Shown: positions 1 through 10,085 of the stretch, one piece after another | Numbering within the stretch: position 1 is the stretch's first letter | How the letters are laid out: the number at the start of each line of letters is the position of its first letter | NCBI GenBank assembly: GCA_009991955.1 | Contig: JAACWS010000017.1 | Location: 8,486-72,485 of the forward strand | From: Spirochaetales bacterium | GTDB lineage: Bacteria; Spirochaetota; Spirochaetia; DSM-27196; Salinispiraceae | Reading direction: 5' to 3' | Length of the DNA stretch: 64,000 nt | The notes under the pieces: model-generated | The model's input: the letters and a program-made list of their open reading frames with translations, nothing else | Told to the model about the DNA's origin: nothing | Database searches by the model: none | Made by a program: the position numbers and the translations under genes

Positions 1-471
1 GGAAGCTTGGCGGTACGAAAGTTTGCCCTCGGACTTCCAGGCAAGATTTCTTACTCTGCGGTTCCGTGGGTTACCTACTGCGAGCCAGAATTGGCCTCGG
101 TCGGTTTGAATGAACAGGCAGCAAAGACTGCGGGCCTGTCATTTCAAACCTTGGTGGTCGAAATGGGCGGGAACGATCGCGCCCTCGCCGAAGGGGAAAC
201 CGCCGGTCGGGCAAAGTTCTTAATCGACCCAAAACAAAGGGTCATAGGAGTGCAGCTTCTGGGCCCCCATGCGGGGGAAATGCTCCTACCCGGGGTATTT
301 GCGGTAAAAGAAAGGTGGAAGATCGGCCGATTCTTAGGCCCCCTGTACCCCTATCCTACGGTGAGCGAGGTCTACAAGCGAGTAGCGGGACAGCTTTTAG
401 GGCCCAAACTGTTTAATCCTCGGGTTCGGAAAATTCTACGTCTTTTGAAAGGTTTTAGGGGGTCTTTATGA
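1..471 (+). CDS. FAD-dependent pyridine nucleotide-disulfide oxidoreductase, C-terminal dimerisation domain (5'-truncated by window edge)
   Basis: ORF 7..471 translation ends with the typical pyr_redox dimerisation motifs (…GPHAGEML…YPYPTVSEV…); the upstream part of the gene lies outside the window. Confidence 0.7.
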   Translation, partial: GSLAVRKFALGLPGKISYSAVPWVTYCEPELASVGLNEQAAKTAGLSFQTLVVEMGGNDRALAEGETAGRAKFLIDPKQRVIGVQLLGPHAGEMLLPGVFAVKERWKIGRFLGPLYPYPTVSEVYKRVAGQLLGPKLFNPRVRKILRLLKGFRGSL

Positions 472-1190
472 GTTCAGTAGTTCTGAAGAGAGTGGTAATT
501 CTGGGTTTGTTGGGGGCCGCTTTGGTCGCTGGTTTTTTCTTTGACCTACCCGGTTTGGTGATTCAGGGTTTGGAATATATAGGGGGGCTTGGATGGACCG
601 GGCGACTACTTTTTATCCTCTTGTATATCCTGGCTACGGTTGCGTTTTTACCCGGGAGTGTTATTACCCTAGCCGGAGGATTTCTCTTTGGTCTGGGCTG
701 GGGCACGGTGTTTGTCAGTGCCGGTTCGACTATCGGTGCGGCCCTGGCTTTCTTACTGGGAAGGTCCTTACTCCGGGAATGGATTCAGAAGAAAATCGCC
801 GGAAACGCTCAGTTCGAAGCTATCGATCGAGCAGTGGCCTCGGAGGGCTGGAAGATTGTCCTCCTTACTCGTCTATCTCCAATTTTCCCCTTTAATCTTC
901 AGAACTACGCATACGGGGCTACCCAAATACGATTGATTCCTTATGTCTTGGCTTCGTGGATTGGCATGATTCCCGGTACGATTATGTTCGTATACTTTGG
1001 CTCTTTGGCCGGAGATGTAACCCAGCTGGCTGCGGGGTCACCGGATACCGGAGGAGCACCGGTCTGGATTCAACCTACGATTAACGGATTAGGCTTGGTT
1101 GCGACTATCGGCGTAACCTTGGTAATTACCCGAATAGCCCGACGAGCCCTGGCCCGGCACCTGGGCACCGGACAAGAGCCCCAGGCCTAG
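468..1190 (+). CDS. TVP38/TMEM64 (DedA-related) family membrane protein
   Basis: 240 aa, multiple TM helices, conserved G-x-L-F-G..GxxxV..GsTIGAALAFLLGR motif of TVP38/DedA proteins; ATGA overlap with upstream oxidoreductase. Confidence 0.7.
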   Translation: MSSVVLKRVVILGLLGAALVAGFFFDLPGLVIQGLEYIGGLGWTGRLLFILLYILATVAFLPGSVITLAGGFLFGLGWGTVFVSAGSTIGAALAFLLGRSLLREWIQKKIAGNAQFEAIDRAVASEGWKIVLLTRLSPIFPFNLQNYAYGATQIRLIPYVLASWIGMIPGTIMFVYFGSLAGDVTQLAAGSPDTGGAPVWIQPTINGLGLVATIGVTLVITRIARRALARHLGTGQEPQA

Positions 1191-2542
1191 CCGAGCATAT
1201 ATTTCAGATCAGCAGTGTAGGTAGGATAGGCCCAAGGAATTTCTGCAAAGTCCTGGGCCGAAATCCCTTGAAGGGCAGCAAGGGCCAGAAGATTTATGAG
1301 TTCTCCCGCCTGGGGGGCGAGAATGTGAGCGCCGAGAATCTGGCCCGATTCTTCGTCGATCATTATTTTATATTCCATCGTTTTTTCGTTCAACCGGCGA
1401 TAATTTGGCCACCCTGCCCCACTGCCCCGGTTGATTCGTACCTTCTTACTACAGGCTAGGGCTCGACTCTCGGAATAACCAAACTGAGCCAATTGTGGGT
1501 AGGTAAATACCACTGTTGGAAGTACGTCGAGGTTGAGGTCTTTATAACGCCCGGGGGCATTGGTGATATCTTCAAGAATATTGTGGGCAGCAATTCGGGC
1601 CTGGGCATCGCTCACCGGGGCGAGTTGAATACCCACCGTACAATCCCCGGCGGCGTACACCCGCGGATTAGACGTCCTCATACCTGGACTTACTTGGATA
1701 GCTCCCCTTTCTAGCAAGATATTCCCTTTGCCGACCCCGAGGGAATCGGTATTTGGAATTCGCCCTAAATTTGCAAATACCCGGTCGGCCTTTACCCTTT
1801 CTCCAGACTCCAAGACTACCGTAAACCCTTTCGAGTCCTGTTCGATCGAAGTAGGAGAGTCGTTTAGGTACAATCGTATACCTTCCTCGGTATAGCGATT
1901 TTGGAGGATAGCTACGAGATCGGGGTCGAAAGGCTCCATGATTCCCGAACCCCGATGCACAAGAGAAACCCTCTTCCCTGCAGCGAGGGCGACGGTGGCG
2001 AACTCGAGAGAAATATATCCACCTCCGATAAAAACTAGATGGTCTGGAAGATCGTCCTGATATAAAAAATCGTCACTCGAAAGAGCAAACTCCCCTCCAG
2101 GAATGACCAAGGGCCGGGGCCGGGCTCCGGTTGCGATAAGCACCCTCTGGGGTTTCAAGGTTATTGCTCCTACCCGAAAGGTATCGACATCGAGGAATTC
2201 TGCGGAGTTATCGAATACCTGAACACCGAGGGATGTTAGGTAGTCTTTGGTCCCTTGGGGAACGGCATCGGTAAACTCTTTTCGGGCTTTTTGCATTTTT
2301 TCCCAAACAAGTTCAGGGTGATTACGAAATCCCCTCCCCACCAAAGCTTTGCCTTCCAAGGCAGCATGGGCCGGAACAACGAGGTACTTTTTCGGCTGAC
2401 ATCCTCGCAAGGCACAGGTACCTCCAAAATCTCCCGAATCGGCGAGGCCCACCGAAAGTCCGTGACCCGCAAGTGCAGCGGCAGCCGTTTGTCCTGCGGT
2501 ACCAGAACCCAAAATAAGCACATCGATCGAAACTTTTTCCAT
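1187..2542 (-). CDS. pyridine nucleotide-disulfide oxidoreductase (dihydrolipoamide dehydrogenase/glutathione reductase family)
   Basis: 451 aa; N-terminal FAD fold GSGTAGQTAA, redox-active disulfide GGTCALRGCQPKK, NAD-binding GGGYISLE, C-terminal dimerisation domain. Confidence 0.8.
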   Translation of the reverse strand: MEKVSIDVLILGSGTAGQTAAAALAGHGLSVGLADSGDFGGTCALRGCQPKKYLVVPAHAALEGKALVGRGFRNHPELVWEKMQKARKEFTDAVPQGTKDYLTSLGVQVFDNSAEFLDVDTFRVGAITLKPQRVLIATGARPRPLVIPGGEFALSSDDFLYQDDLPDHLVFIGGGYISLEFATVALAAGKRVSLVHRGSGIMEPFDPDLVAILQNRYTEEGIRLYLNDSPTSIEQDSKGFTVVLESGERVKADRVFANLGRIPNTDSLGVGKGNILLERGAIQVSPGMRTSNPRVYAAGDCTVGIQLAPVSDAQARIAAHNILEDITNAPGRYKDLNLDVLPTVVFTYPQLAQFGYSESRALACSKKVRINRGSGAGWPNYRRLNEKTMEYKIMIDEESGQILGAHILAPQAGELINLLALAALQGISAQDFAEIPWAYPTYTADLKYMLG

Positions 2543-2597
2543 AGAAACTCCCTTTATTTTGTTGTATATACAATAATGCGAACAGGAGAGTTTTTCT

Positions 2598-4319
2598 ATG
2601 AAAATGAGTAGAGCAGTAAAATCATTTCTTATTCAAGAAATGAAAAAACCCAGCGGTTACCTTGTTGCCCTTGGCATCGGATCGATTCTGACCTTCGCCA
2701 AACATTGGCCCCAGGTTTCAATGTACCTACCTTTCGTCATACCGTTTCTCGTCAGTGTAACTACCCGAACGGTCTCCCGGGCTATGAACGCAAATAGCGA
2801 AATGCTGTTGTCCCTCCCTCGTTTTCGGAAAGATCCGGCGTTTATTATGGATAGAGACGGTACGATCCTCCTTTCCGCGGGGGAAACCCACGATTTCTTT
2901 ACCAAAAGTGGTATTGTCCGCCTGGAGGACTTTATTCAATCCGAAAAGGACATTCCCGTCGTCGAATGTTTGTTCTCCTCTGAGAATAAAGACGAAGAGC
3001 GACCATACTTTTCGTCCGTAACCAATTCGTGGTATCGAGCCCAAGTTCGAGAAGACCCCCTATGTGAAACCTGGTTGGTCTGGCTCGACGACGTAACTCT
3101 CCAGGTTCAAGCCGACCTGAGAAAAAAGGCCCTGGATGTATTCTTCCACGCCTTGCGCCACGACTTTCTTACCCTAAAAACTACCCGATACGATGATTTT
3201 TACCTGGCTCGGCTCATTCTCGAAGAAGGATTCGAGGGGGTAATGATAGTTCGGTTTGATCCAAATCGGACGAAAGATCCTCGGGGCTCTTTGTATTTTG
3301 CTAGGGGTCTAGTCGCCTCGGATATTCTCATTCCGCAGGGTTCCAATGCCCCTATCCTACAATCCTTTCGTCTTGGGAAAGGAATTTGGGACGATCGGAA
3401 GAAGTGGGATTCCCAAGAAGGCTTCGATCGGGCCTATCCTGTCCTACCCCTAGTTCGGGATTTTCTGGGCAGACCAATGGAAAATTTTGTCAATTATCAT
3501 CGCAACGACGTGTCAATCATTGGCTTCAACAAGTCGGGATCTCTCGGGCGCGAGGACGTCCGGCTTTTGGAGACCGTCGCAGATACTGCAGTGCTCATCT
3601 TTTCTATGGCCGATTTGGCAATCGCAGCTGACCAACGATTTATTCAAAGTATTCATGGAATCTGTGCCGCAGCCGAGTATAGCGACGAACTTACAGGGGC
3701 ACATGTTTGGAGGGTCAATCGCTACGCCCAAATTTTAGCTCGAGCCTTGGGTTTCGATGAGAAATGGGTCGAAGATATAGGAACCGTTGCGGCTCTCCAC
3801 GATATCGGAAAAGTAGCAATCCCCCATCTTATTAAGCTCCAAAGGGTTCTCGACGAAACCGAGCGAAGAGAAATGCAGATGCACCCGATTTATGGAGCCC
3901 AAATAATCCGAAGAATGCAGGAGTCCACATCGGAATCCGACTCCCGGCTGGAAATGGCCTATTCGATAGCCCTCCACCACCATCAACACTGGAACGGCAC
4001 GGGCTACCCGGGCATTCTGGATAGGGAGGGAAAAATATGTTCCTTAGACTCTAAAGAGAGTTCCTACTACGAAGGTCTTATTCCCCTGGCCCAGGAGGCA
4101 ATTCCTGTCGAGGCCCTCATTGTTTCGGCGGCCGACAAATACGATGCGCTTCGGTCTGCCCGGCAGTACAAACAAGCCTATAGCCACGAGGAAACGTTAG
4201 CGATCTTGACCAAGGACGATCGATCCGGGCTCTCGGGTATTGACTTATTCGGGCCTCGGGTTTGGCAGGCCCTTCTCGAGGTGGAGAAGGAGTTTAATGC
4301 CCAATCGTCGCAACCATAA
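2598..4319 (+). CDS. HD-GYP domain protein (putative c-di-GMP phosphodiesterase) with 2-TM N-terminus and uncharacterised N-terminal domain
   Basis: HDIGKVAIP … [14 protein letters not shown] motifs typical of HD-GYP; two hydrophobic segments near the N-terminus. Confidence 0.75.
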   Translation: MKMSRAVKSFLIQEMKKPSGYLVALGIGSILTFAKHWPQVSMYLPFVIPFLVSVTTRTVSRAMNANSEMLLSLPRFRKDPAFIMDRDGTILLSAGETHDFFTKSGIVRLEDFIQSEKDIPVVECLFSSENKDEERPYFSSVTNSWYRAQVREDPLCETWLVWLDDVTLQVQADLRKKALDVFFHALRHDFLTLKTTRYDDFYLARLILEEGFEGVMIVRFDPNRTKDPRGSLYFARGLVASDILIPQGSNAPILQSFRLGKGIWDDRKKWDSQEGFDRAYPVLPLVRDFLGRPMENFVNYHRNDVSIIGFNKSGSLGREDVRLLETVADTAVLIFSMADLAIAADQRFIQSIHGICAAAEYSDELTGAHVWRVNRYAQILARALGFDEKWVEDIGTVAALHDIGKVAIPHLIKLQRVLDETERREMQMHPIYGAQIIRRMQESTSESDSRLEMAYSIALHHHQHWNGTGYPGILDREGKICSLDSKESSYYEGLIPLAQEAIPVEALIVSAADKYDALRSARQYKQAYSHEETLAILTKDDRSGLSGIDLFGPRVWQALLEVEKEFNAQSSQP

Positions 4320-5286
4320 CGGCTTTAATGGTATGGAGTCGATTTTCTGCTTGGTCAAATACAACGGAATTGGGGGATCGAAAGACCTCGTCGGTTACTT
4401 CCATTTCGGCGAGTCCATATAGATCGAATATTTCTCGGCCAATTTGGGTTTTTGTATCGTGAAAGGACGGGAGACAGTGGAGAAAAAGCACGGGCGAATT
4501 TCCCGAGGCCTGGAGAACTTCTCGGGTAACCTGATAGGGCTTCAAGAGGGCAATGCGCTCGGCTATTTTGTCTTCTTCCCCCATAGAAAACCAAACGTCT
4601 GTATAAATAGCGTCGGCCCCTTTGACTCCTTCGGAAATTGATTCGGTAATTTCGATTTTTGAACCGGTCTCCTCGGAGATCTTTTTGGCCAGGTTAATGA
4701 CTTCCGGGGAAGGAGCGAGGCTTCGGGGGGCTATGGAGGTATAGCTGACCCCGACCTTCGCCGCTCCAATCATGAGGCTGTTCGCTGTATTGTTTCGAGC
4801 ATCGCCGATATACACCAGCTTCATTTGGTGTAAAGGTTTGGGGCAGTGTTCTTGGAGGGTCATGAGGTCGGCCAGGACTTGGGTGGGATGAAACTGATCG
4901 GTAAGACCGTTCCATACTGGGACCCCGGCGTGCTGGGCGAGCTCTTCGATGGTCGAGTGTTCAAACCCTCGAAACTGGATACCATCGTAGTAGCGACCTA
5001 GAACCTTGGCAGTATCTTCGATCGATTCCTTCTTTCCCATTTGGCTGTTGGTAAGGTAAGTAACCCGGGCTCCCTCGTCGAAGGCGGCTGTTTCAAAGGC
5101 TGCCCTGGTACGGGTAGAGGTCTTATCGAAAATGAGCACGATATTTTTACCGGATAAGAGGTTTCCGTGGGTTCCTGCCCGCTTCTTCTTTTTCAGATCA
5201 TGGCTCAGGTCCAGAAGGTAACGAATTTCATCCGAAGAAAAATCTCTTAGGGTCAAAAAATGGCGGCCTTTGAGTTGTATTGGCAT
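4294..5286 (-). CDS. arcB: ornithine carbamoyltransferase (catabolic, arginine deiminase pathway)
   Basis: 330 aa; STRTR carbamoyl-phosphate motif, HCLP motif; immediately downstream of arginine deiminase on same strand. Confidence 0.9.
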   Translation of the reverse strand: MPIQLKGRHFLTLRDFSSDEIRYLLDLSHDLKKKKRAGTHGNLLSGKNIVLIFDKTSTRTRAAFETAAFDEGARVTYLTNSQMGKKESIEDTAKVLGRYYDGIQFRGFEHSTIEELAQHAGVPVWNGLTDQFHPTQVLADLMTLQEHCPKPLHQMKLVYIGDARNNTANSLMIGAAKVGVSYTSIAPRSLAPSPEVINLAKKISEETGSKIEITESISEGVKGADAIYTDVWFSMGEEDKIAERIALLKPYQVTREVLQASGNSPVLFLHCLPSFHDTKTQIGREIFDLYGLAEMEVTDEVFRSPNSVVFDQAENRLHTIKAVMVATIGH

Positions 5287-5324
5287 ACATCGCTCCTTAC
5301 TTTTTCGGTATTTCTATTAAAATG

Positions 5325-6543
5325 TCACGATCGAACGATAGGCATACTCATACACCGGGGACCACCCCTCCCCCGAACCAGTTCGGATCCGGGAATTTCG
5401 AGGACTTCGATCCCTTTTCGCCGAAGTTGATCGTTCGAGACTCTATTGCGACGATAGGTAATGACGACCCCCGGGGCCACGGCCAAGGTGTTTGTTCCGT
5501 CGTTCCATTGCTCTCTTTGGGCCGTAAGGGCATGACCAGCACCGGTCGGGACCCAACGAACTCCCGGTAATCCAAGGCTCTTGGATAGAGTCTTTTCCAG
5601 ATTGGTTTCTGGTACAATAGCTAAACCATTTCCAGAGCCGAGGGTCAAACGATAGATCGATATTCGATCCTCAACCCCGGGATAAATCGTGAAGGTGTCA
5701 TAATCTACCATTGTAAACACTGTGTCCAGATGCATATACGCCCGGGTAAAGGGTATTTGGAAGACAAGTACTTCCCGGAATCCTTGGTCGCTGTGGAGGA
5801 TTCGTAAGGCCAGTTCCTCGATCCCCTCAGGGCTCGTTCGGGCACTACAACCGATAACAACTACCTTTGGGCTCAAAACTAAAATATCGCCACCCTCGAT
5901 AATGTCAACCTCGTCCCAACGATGCCAGGGCTCTGCCCCTGCACCATCAAACCGAGGATGGTAGTCAACTATTGCCTGCAAGAGCATCGACTCGCGCCTG
6001 CGAGCCTGGGACTTCATGGAATTTACCGATATTCGGTTTCCAATGACGCTGCCGTAGTCCCGAGAAAAGTACAGGTTGGGAATAGGGTCTAGGTAGAACG
6101 GATAGCTTTCTTTGATGTAAGTCGACAAGCGCACAGGACCACCAAAGGGTTCTACTTCTTCCTTGGTAAGGCCGGCCAAGAGGCCACGGGTCAAAAGCTC
6201 TGGGGGCATCGACTGGAGAAAGGCTCTTATCGAGCCTTTCAGTTCTGGGTCTTGGGTCCGTACCTCCCGAAGAACCCCGTCGACTACTCGATTCTTCCCA
6301 TCGGGTATTTCGAATACCTGGGTAAGCAGTGTTTCGAAGTAGAGAATCTCAACCCCCCCGGCTGGAAAGTGTCCGGGCAAACTCATCGTGTTCGACCTGC
6401 ATCTGCTCCAGATACGGAATATCCTCAAAAAGCATTTCGTCCAAATAGGCGGGTATAAGGTTTTCCAGCTCGTGGCTCGGTCGATGCAGGAGCACTGTCT
6501 TAAGAGTGTCTACTTCCGAGCGGATATTCATGAGAGATTCCAT
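5325..6543 (-). pseudogene. arcA: arginine deiminase, reading frame interrupted by a +1 frameshift at a G7 tract (6353-6359 on + strand as C7)
   Basis: N-terminal 64-aa ORF (6349..6543: MESLMNIRSEVDTLKTVLLHRPSHELENL…EHDEFARTLSSRGG*) and 367-aa ORF (5325..6428: …GVEILYFETLL…GGPRCMSMP) are two halves of one ADI; removing one G from the GGGGGGG run yields …LSSRGVEILYFETLL… in frame. Confidence 0.8.
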
Positions 6544-6555
6544 TGAATAGCCTCC

Positions 6556-9150
6556 TTACACTACCGTATCAAAAAACCGTTGAATTCCCGACAACACGTC
6601 ATCTGTAGTCCCAAAGACTCGCCGTGTTTCCGGTAGGCTCCCAAGAAACAAACGACCGTACTGCTTTTGAATAAGGCGTACATCGGTGACTAACACTACC
6701 CCTCGGTCGTCACTACGGCGCATGAGTCGGCCAAACCCCTGTTTGAACTTCATAATTGCTTCGGGTACAGACATTTCCATAAAGCTACTGCCACCCCGGG
6801 CCTCGATCGCTTCGGCCCGGGCCTTTACGACCGGGTCGGTTGGCACCTTGAAAGGCAACCGGCTCAAAATAAGTAGCTCCAAGGAACTTCCGGGAGTATC
6901 TACCCCCTCCCAAAAAGAATCGGTAGCAAACAGGACACTGGCTACGTCGTCGCGAAAGGTACGTAGAAGCCGGGTCTTGTCGTCGTCCCCTTGGCGGTAG
7001 ACAGGAATTCCCGCCTGTTCGAGGACCGGCCGCACTCCATCAAAAACCTGGTTCAATAGGGCGTAAGAGGTAAAAAGAATGAGCGCCCTGCCCTGGGAAA
7101 TAGTAACCGCCTGGGACACGACTCGAATGAGGTAATCGGGGTAGCCGGCAGAAGTTGGGTCGGGGGCATCGGCCGGCGCGGCCAAGAGAACCCGGGAACT
7201 ATAGTCGAAGGGGCTTTGAAAAGTACCCCGAAGGGGAGCGAAACCGGTCAGCCCAACCCGACGCTCAAAAAAATCAAACCGGCCCTGAACCGCCATAGTA
7301 GCGCTGGTCAGAACCACCGTTTCGTAGGGCTCGAACACCGTGTCCCGCATCATCGTGGTTATATCCAAAGGAGTGGCTGTTAGGGTAACAAACATATCGC
7401 CGGTCGAAGGGACCCGAGATTTGTCGATCCAGAACACCAAATCCGGTTGCTCGTGGTATTGGCGAAAGTCCTGACACAGTCCCGCCGAATCCTCGAGCCG
7501 CCGGATGATAATTCGTAAATCGCTTACCTGGGGGATTTCCAAGTCCTCGTCTTTGAGGGTCTTCAGTTCTTGGGCTAGATGATCGACCAAACCCAGGAGC
7601 GCGGACTGGAGGGCGGCCAGGGGATGAAAAAGCTCCTGATTCATTTGCCCATAACTATCGCTCAACCGGTTTTCACCCTCGGCTTGGGCAGGGTGAAGGC
7701 GGAGATTCTGGGAGGTTCCAAGGAACTCGAGAATGGCCTTCTCTGTGTCCTGGACGGTAGACTTTATCTGGTCGATGAGGGATTCGGCGTCGGGCAGTTG
7801 TAGGCCGACAAAACTTCGCATAACTTGGACGATACCCAAGCTCTTGCCACCCTTTCGGCGCAGCAACATATTCATGTATTTGTAGACCGAGAACCGATTC
7901 AGGGATCGGGAAAAGTAACTGGTTGCAGCATTTTCAATGGTGTGGGCTTCATCAAAAATCACCCGGGTAAACCCCGGCAGAATCACCGTACTCTCGTACC
8001 CTAACCCCTGAGCCCGCATGGCTGCGTCGGCAAAAAACAGATGATGATTCGCGACGATAAGCCCCGCTTGGCTCGCTTCCCGGCGAGCCTTGAGCAGAAA
8101 ACACGACTCCCGGGCTCGACACCGGGCGGGGGAGCAGGAGTCGGGGTCCGAGTTAATCCGTCCCCACAAGGAATCGGGGGCATAGAAACTCAAATCGCTT
8201 CGTTCCCCGGATTTTGTCGTTTCCGCCCACTGGGCAATGCGGGTCAAAGCATCATCTTCCTCGCGAAAGAGCGAATCCTCTTCCAGTACGTCTTCTAATC
8301 GATTCAAACACAAATAGTTATTGCGCCCCTTGGCCAGTACCGCCTTGAGTTTGGTCCCGAGCATCTTCTGGACCATGGGAATGTCTTTTTCTATCAGCTG
8401 GTGCTGGAGGTTGATTGTGGCCGTCGAGACCACAACCCTCTCCTGGTTTTGGGAAGCCCAGCGGATTGCCGGAACAAGATAGGCAAAACTTTTACCAACT
8501 CCGGTACCCGCTTCGCAGACCAGGATCTTGTTCGTATTGAAGGCCGACGCCACGGCCCTAAGCATTTGGACCTGGGTGGGCCGAGGTTCGAAGTTGTCGG
8601 ACAATCGATCCAGAGCACCACCGGGCTCCAGAATTTTTCCCAGTTCCTCGTCATCTAACTCTTCGGCCTCGGGTTCGTGGTAGGCTTCGTTGACTATAAA
8701 AACCCGCTGGACCTGGTTATCGACTATCCAGGTTCCTATACCCTCTTGGGCCAGGATACTGGCTACCTCCAGGTCGGCTTTGCTCGGGAAAAGGACCCCG
8801 CTGGGGTGATTATGAACGATAATCCGGGCATCCGAGGGGTTTGGCTCCAGGTCCGGATCGGCAAAGCGACCCCGGAGGATTTGGATCATCGACGCCGGTA
8901 CCTGGGAGTGATCGCCCCGGGCTAGGGGAAAGACACGGTAGATAAGCCCGTCTTCGTCGGAGAAACAAATAAATAGCACTTCTCGACCACCGGCAAGGTC
9001 TATTTCTTCTTGAATTTTCTCTCGGGCCCGGGACGAGAATCGAGGGTCCGCCACCGCGCCTCCCCGTTCTTCGAGTTTGAATTCTTCGGACGAGCTGTCG
9101 TCAGTTGTAGGCTTAGTTGTAGATTTGCGTTTGGGTTTGGATTTTGCCAA
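6556..9150 (-). CDS. dinG: fusion protein: N-terminal RadC-like JAB/MPN domain + DinG/Rad3-family ATP-dependent DNA helicase
   Basis: 864 aa; residues about 90-130 carry HNHPSGVLFPSKADLEVA (RadC-type JAMM motif); from about 200 a Walker A CEAGTGVGKSFAYL, DEAH-like FDEAHTIEN box and DinG-type C-terminal helicase domain. Confidence 0.8.
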   Translation of the reverse strand: MAKSKPKRKSTTKPTTDDSSSEEFKLEERGGAVADPRFSSRAREKIQEEIDLAGGREVLFICFSDEDGLIYRVFPLARGDHSQVPASMIQILRGRFADPDLEPNPSDARIIVHNHPSGVLFPSKADLEVASILAQEGIGTWIVDNQVQRVFIVNEAYHEPEAEELDDEELGKILEPGGALDRLSDNFEPRPTQVQMLRAVASAFNTNKILVCEAGTGVGKSFAYLVPAIRWASQNQERVVVSTATINLQHQLIEKDIPMVQKMLGTKLKAVLAKGRNNYLCLNRLEDVLEEDSLFREEDDALTRIAQWAETTKSGERSDLSFYAPDSLWGRINSDPDSCSPARCRARESCFLLKARREASQAGLIVANHHLFFADAAMRAQGLGYESTVILPGFTRVIFDEAHTIENAATSYFSRSLNRFSVYKYMNMLLRRKGGKSLGIVQVMRSFVGLQLPDAESLIDQIKSTVQDTEKAILEFLGTSQNLRLHPAQAEGENRLSDSYGQMNQELFHPLAALQSALLGLVDHLAQELKTLKDEDLEIPQVSDLRIIIRRLEDSAGLCQDFRQYHEQPDLVFWIDKSRVPSTGDMFVTLTATPLDITTMMRDTVFEPYETVVLTSATMAVQGRFDFFERRVGLTGFAPLRGTFQSPFDYSSRVLLAAPADAPDPTSAGYPDYLIRVVSQAVTISQGRALILFTSYALLNQVFDGVRPVLEQAGIPVYRQGDDDKTRLLRTFRDDVASVLFATDSFWEGVDTPGSSLELLILSRLPFKVPTDPVVKARAEAIEARGGSSFMEMSVPEAIMKFKQGFGRLMRRSDDRGVVLVTDVRLIQKQYGRLFLGSLPETRRVFGTTDDVLSGIQRFFDTVV

Positions 9151-9175
9151 GGTTCGAAAGAGTCCCTAAGAACCC

Positions 9176-10012
9176 CTAAAGGTTCTTCGCCAAACCAAGC
9201 AGGAGTTTTGTTAGCCGAGCCTCGGCGGTTTTCCCGGTTTCTACAACCTCATCGTGGCTCAAAGACAGGTGACCCAGCCCCGCGGCCTTGTTGGTAATGA
9301 CCGAAATCCCCGCAACCCTCAGCCCCCGGTACCGGGCCGCGATGGTCTCGGGAACCGTCGACATACCAACCGCGTCGGCGCCCATGGCCCGGTAGGCTCG
9401 TATTTCTGCTGGGGTTTCGTAACTCGGTCCGGGAACAGCAATATAGGTTCCTTCGGTCAAAAGGGGATCCAGATTTCGAGCTAACTTTCGCAGTTCCGCG
9501 TCATAGGCGGTGGACATGTCGAGAAACCGGGGCCCCATTTCAGGGTTGTTTTGGCCTGTTAGGGGATTTGCCCCCAGCATATTGATATGGTCGGAAATAA
9601 GCATCAGGTCGCCGGGATTCAGGGAGTGTAAAATTCCCCCCGCCGCGTTGGTCAATATGGCGGTCTTGACCCCCAGGGCAGCTAAGAGGAAGATTGGAAG
9701 GACCACCGAGTCCATCGAATGGCCCTCATAGTAGTGAAATCGCCCGGCCATAACCGCGGTTTCTTGCCCAAGCTTAAGTACACCTTTGTGGCCAACAACT
9801 GTAGCTTCGGGGTAGCCGGCAATGTCTTTATACGGAATCGTGGTACCTTGAAACTGGTCGACGATATTGGAAAGTCCCGAGCCCAGGACCAGCCCAACTC
9901 GGGGAGTTTCGGTCGAGTGACTTCGAACCGAGGCCAGTGCAGCCTCTACTCTTTGGGTAAAGTCGTTGTTCATAGGGCCAGTATACACCTCAAGAGTCCC
10001 CCGAGTCTCCAT
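9176..10012 (-). CDS. purine nucleoside phosphorylase (PNP/MTAP family 2)
   Basis: conserved GSGL, …VPGPSYETPAEIRAYRAMGADAVGMSTVPE… motifs; the ORF track extends to 10120 with a hydrophobic 36-aa N-extension that overlaps divergent asd; the ATG at 10012 (METRGTLEV…) gives a canonical PNP length. Confidence 0.75.
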   Translation of the reverse strand: METRGTLEVYTGPMNNDFTQRVEAALASVRSHSTETPRVGLVLGSGLSNIVDQFQGTTIPYKDIAGYPEATVVGHKGVLKLGQETAVMAGRFHYYEGHSMDSVVLPIFLLAALGVKTAILTNAAGGILHSLNPGDLMLISDHINMLGANPLTGQNNPEMGPRFLDMSTAYDAELRKLARNLDPLLTEGTYIAVPGPSYETPAEIRAYRAMGADAVGMSTVPETIAARYRGLRVAGISVITNKAAGLGHLSLSHDEVVETGKTAEARLTKLLLGLAKNL

Positions 10013-10085
10013 TGACAATTGATTTTCCCCTAGATAGATTGACCCCATCCCAACTACACAACTACCCACCCCAAGGAGGCCGGGA

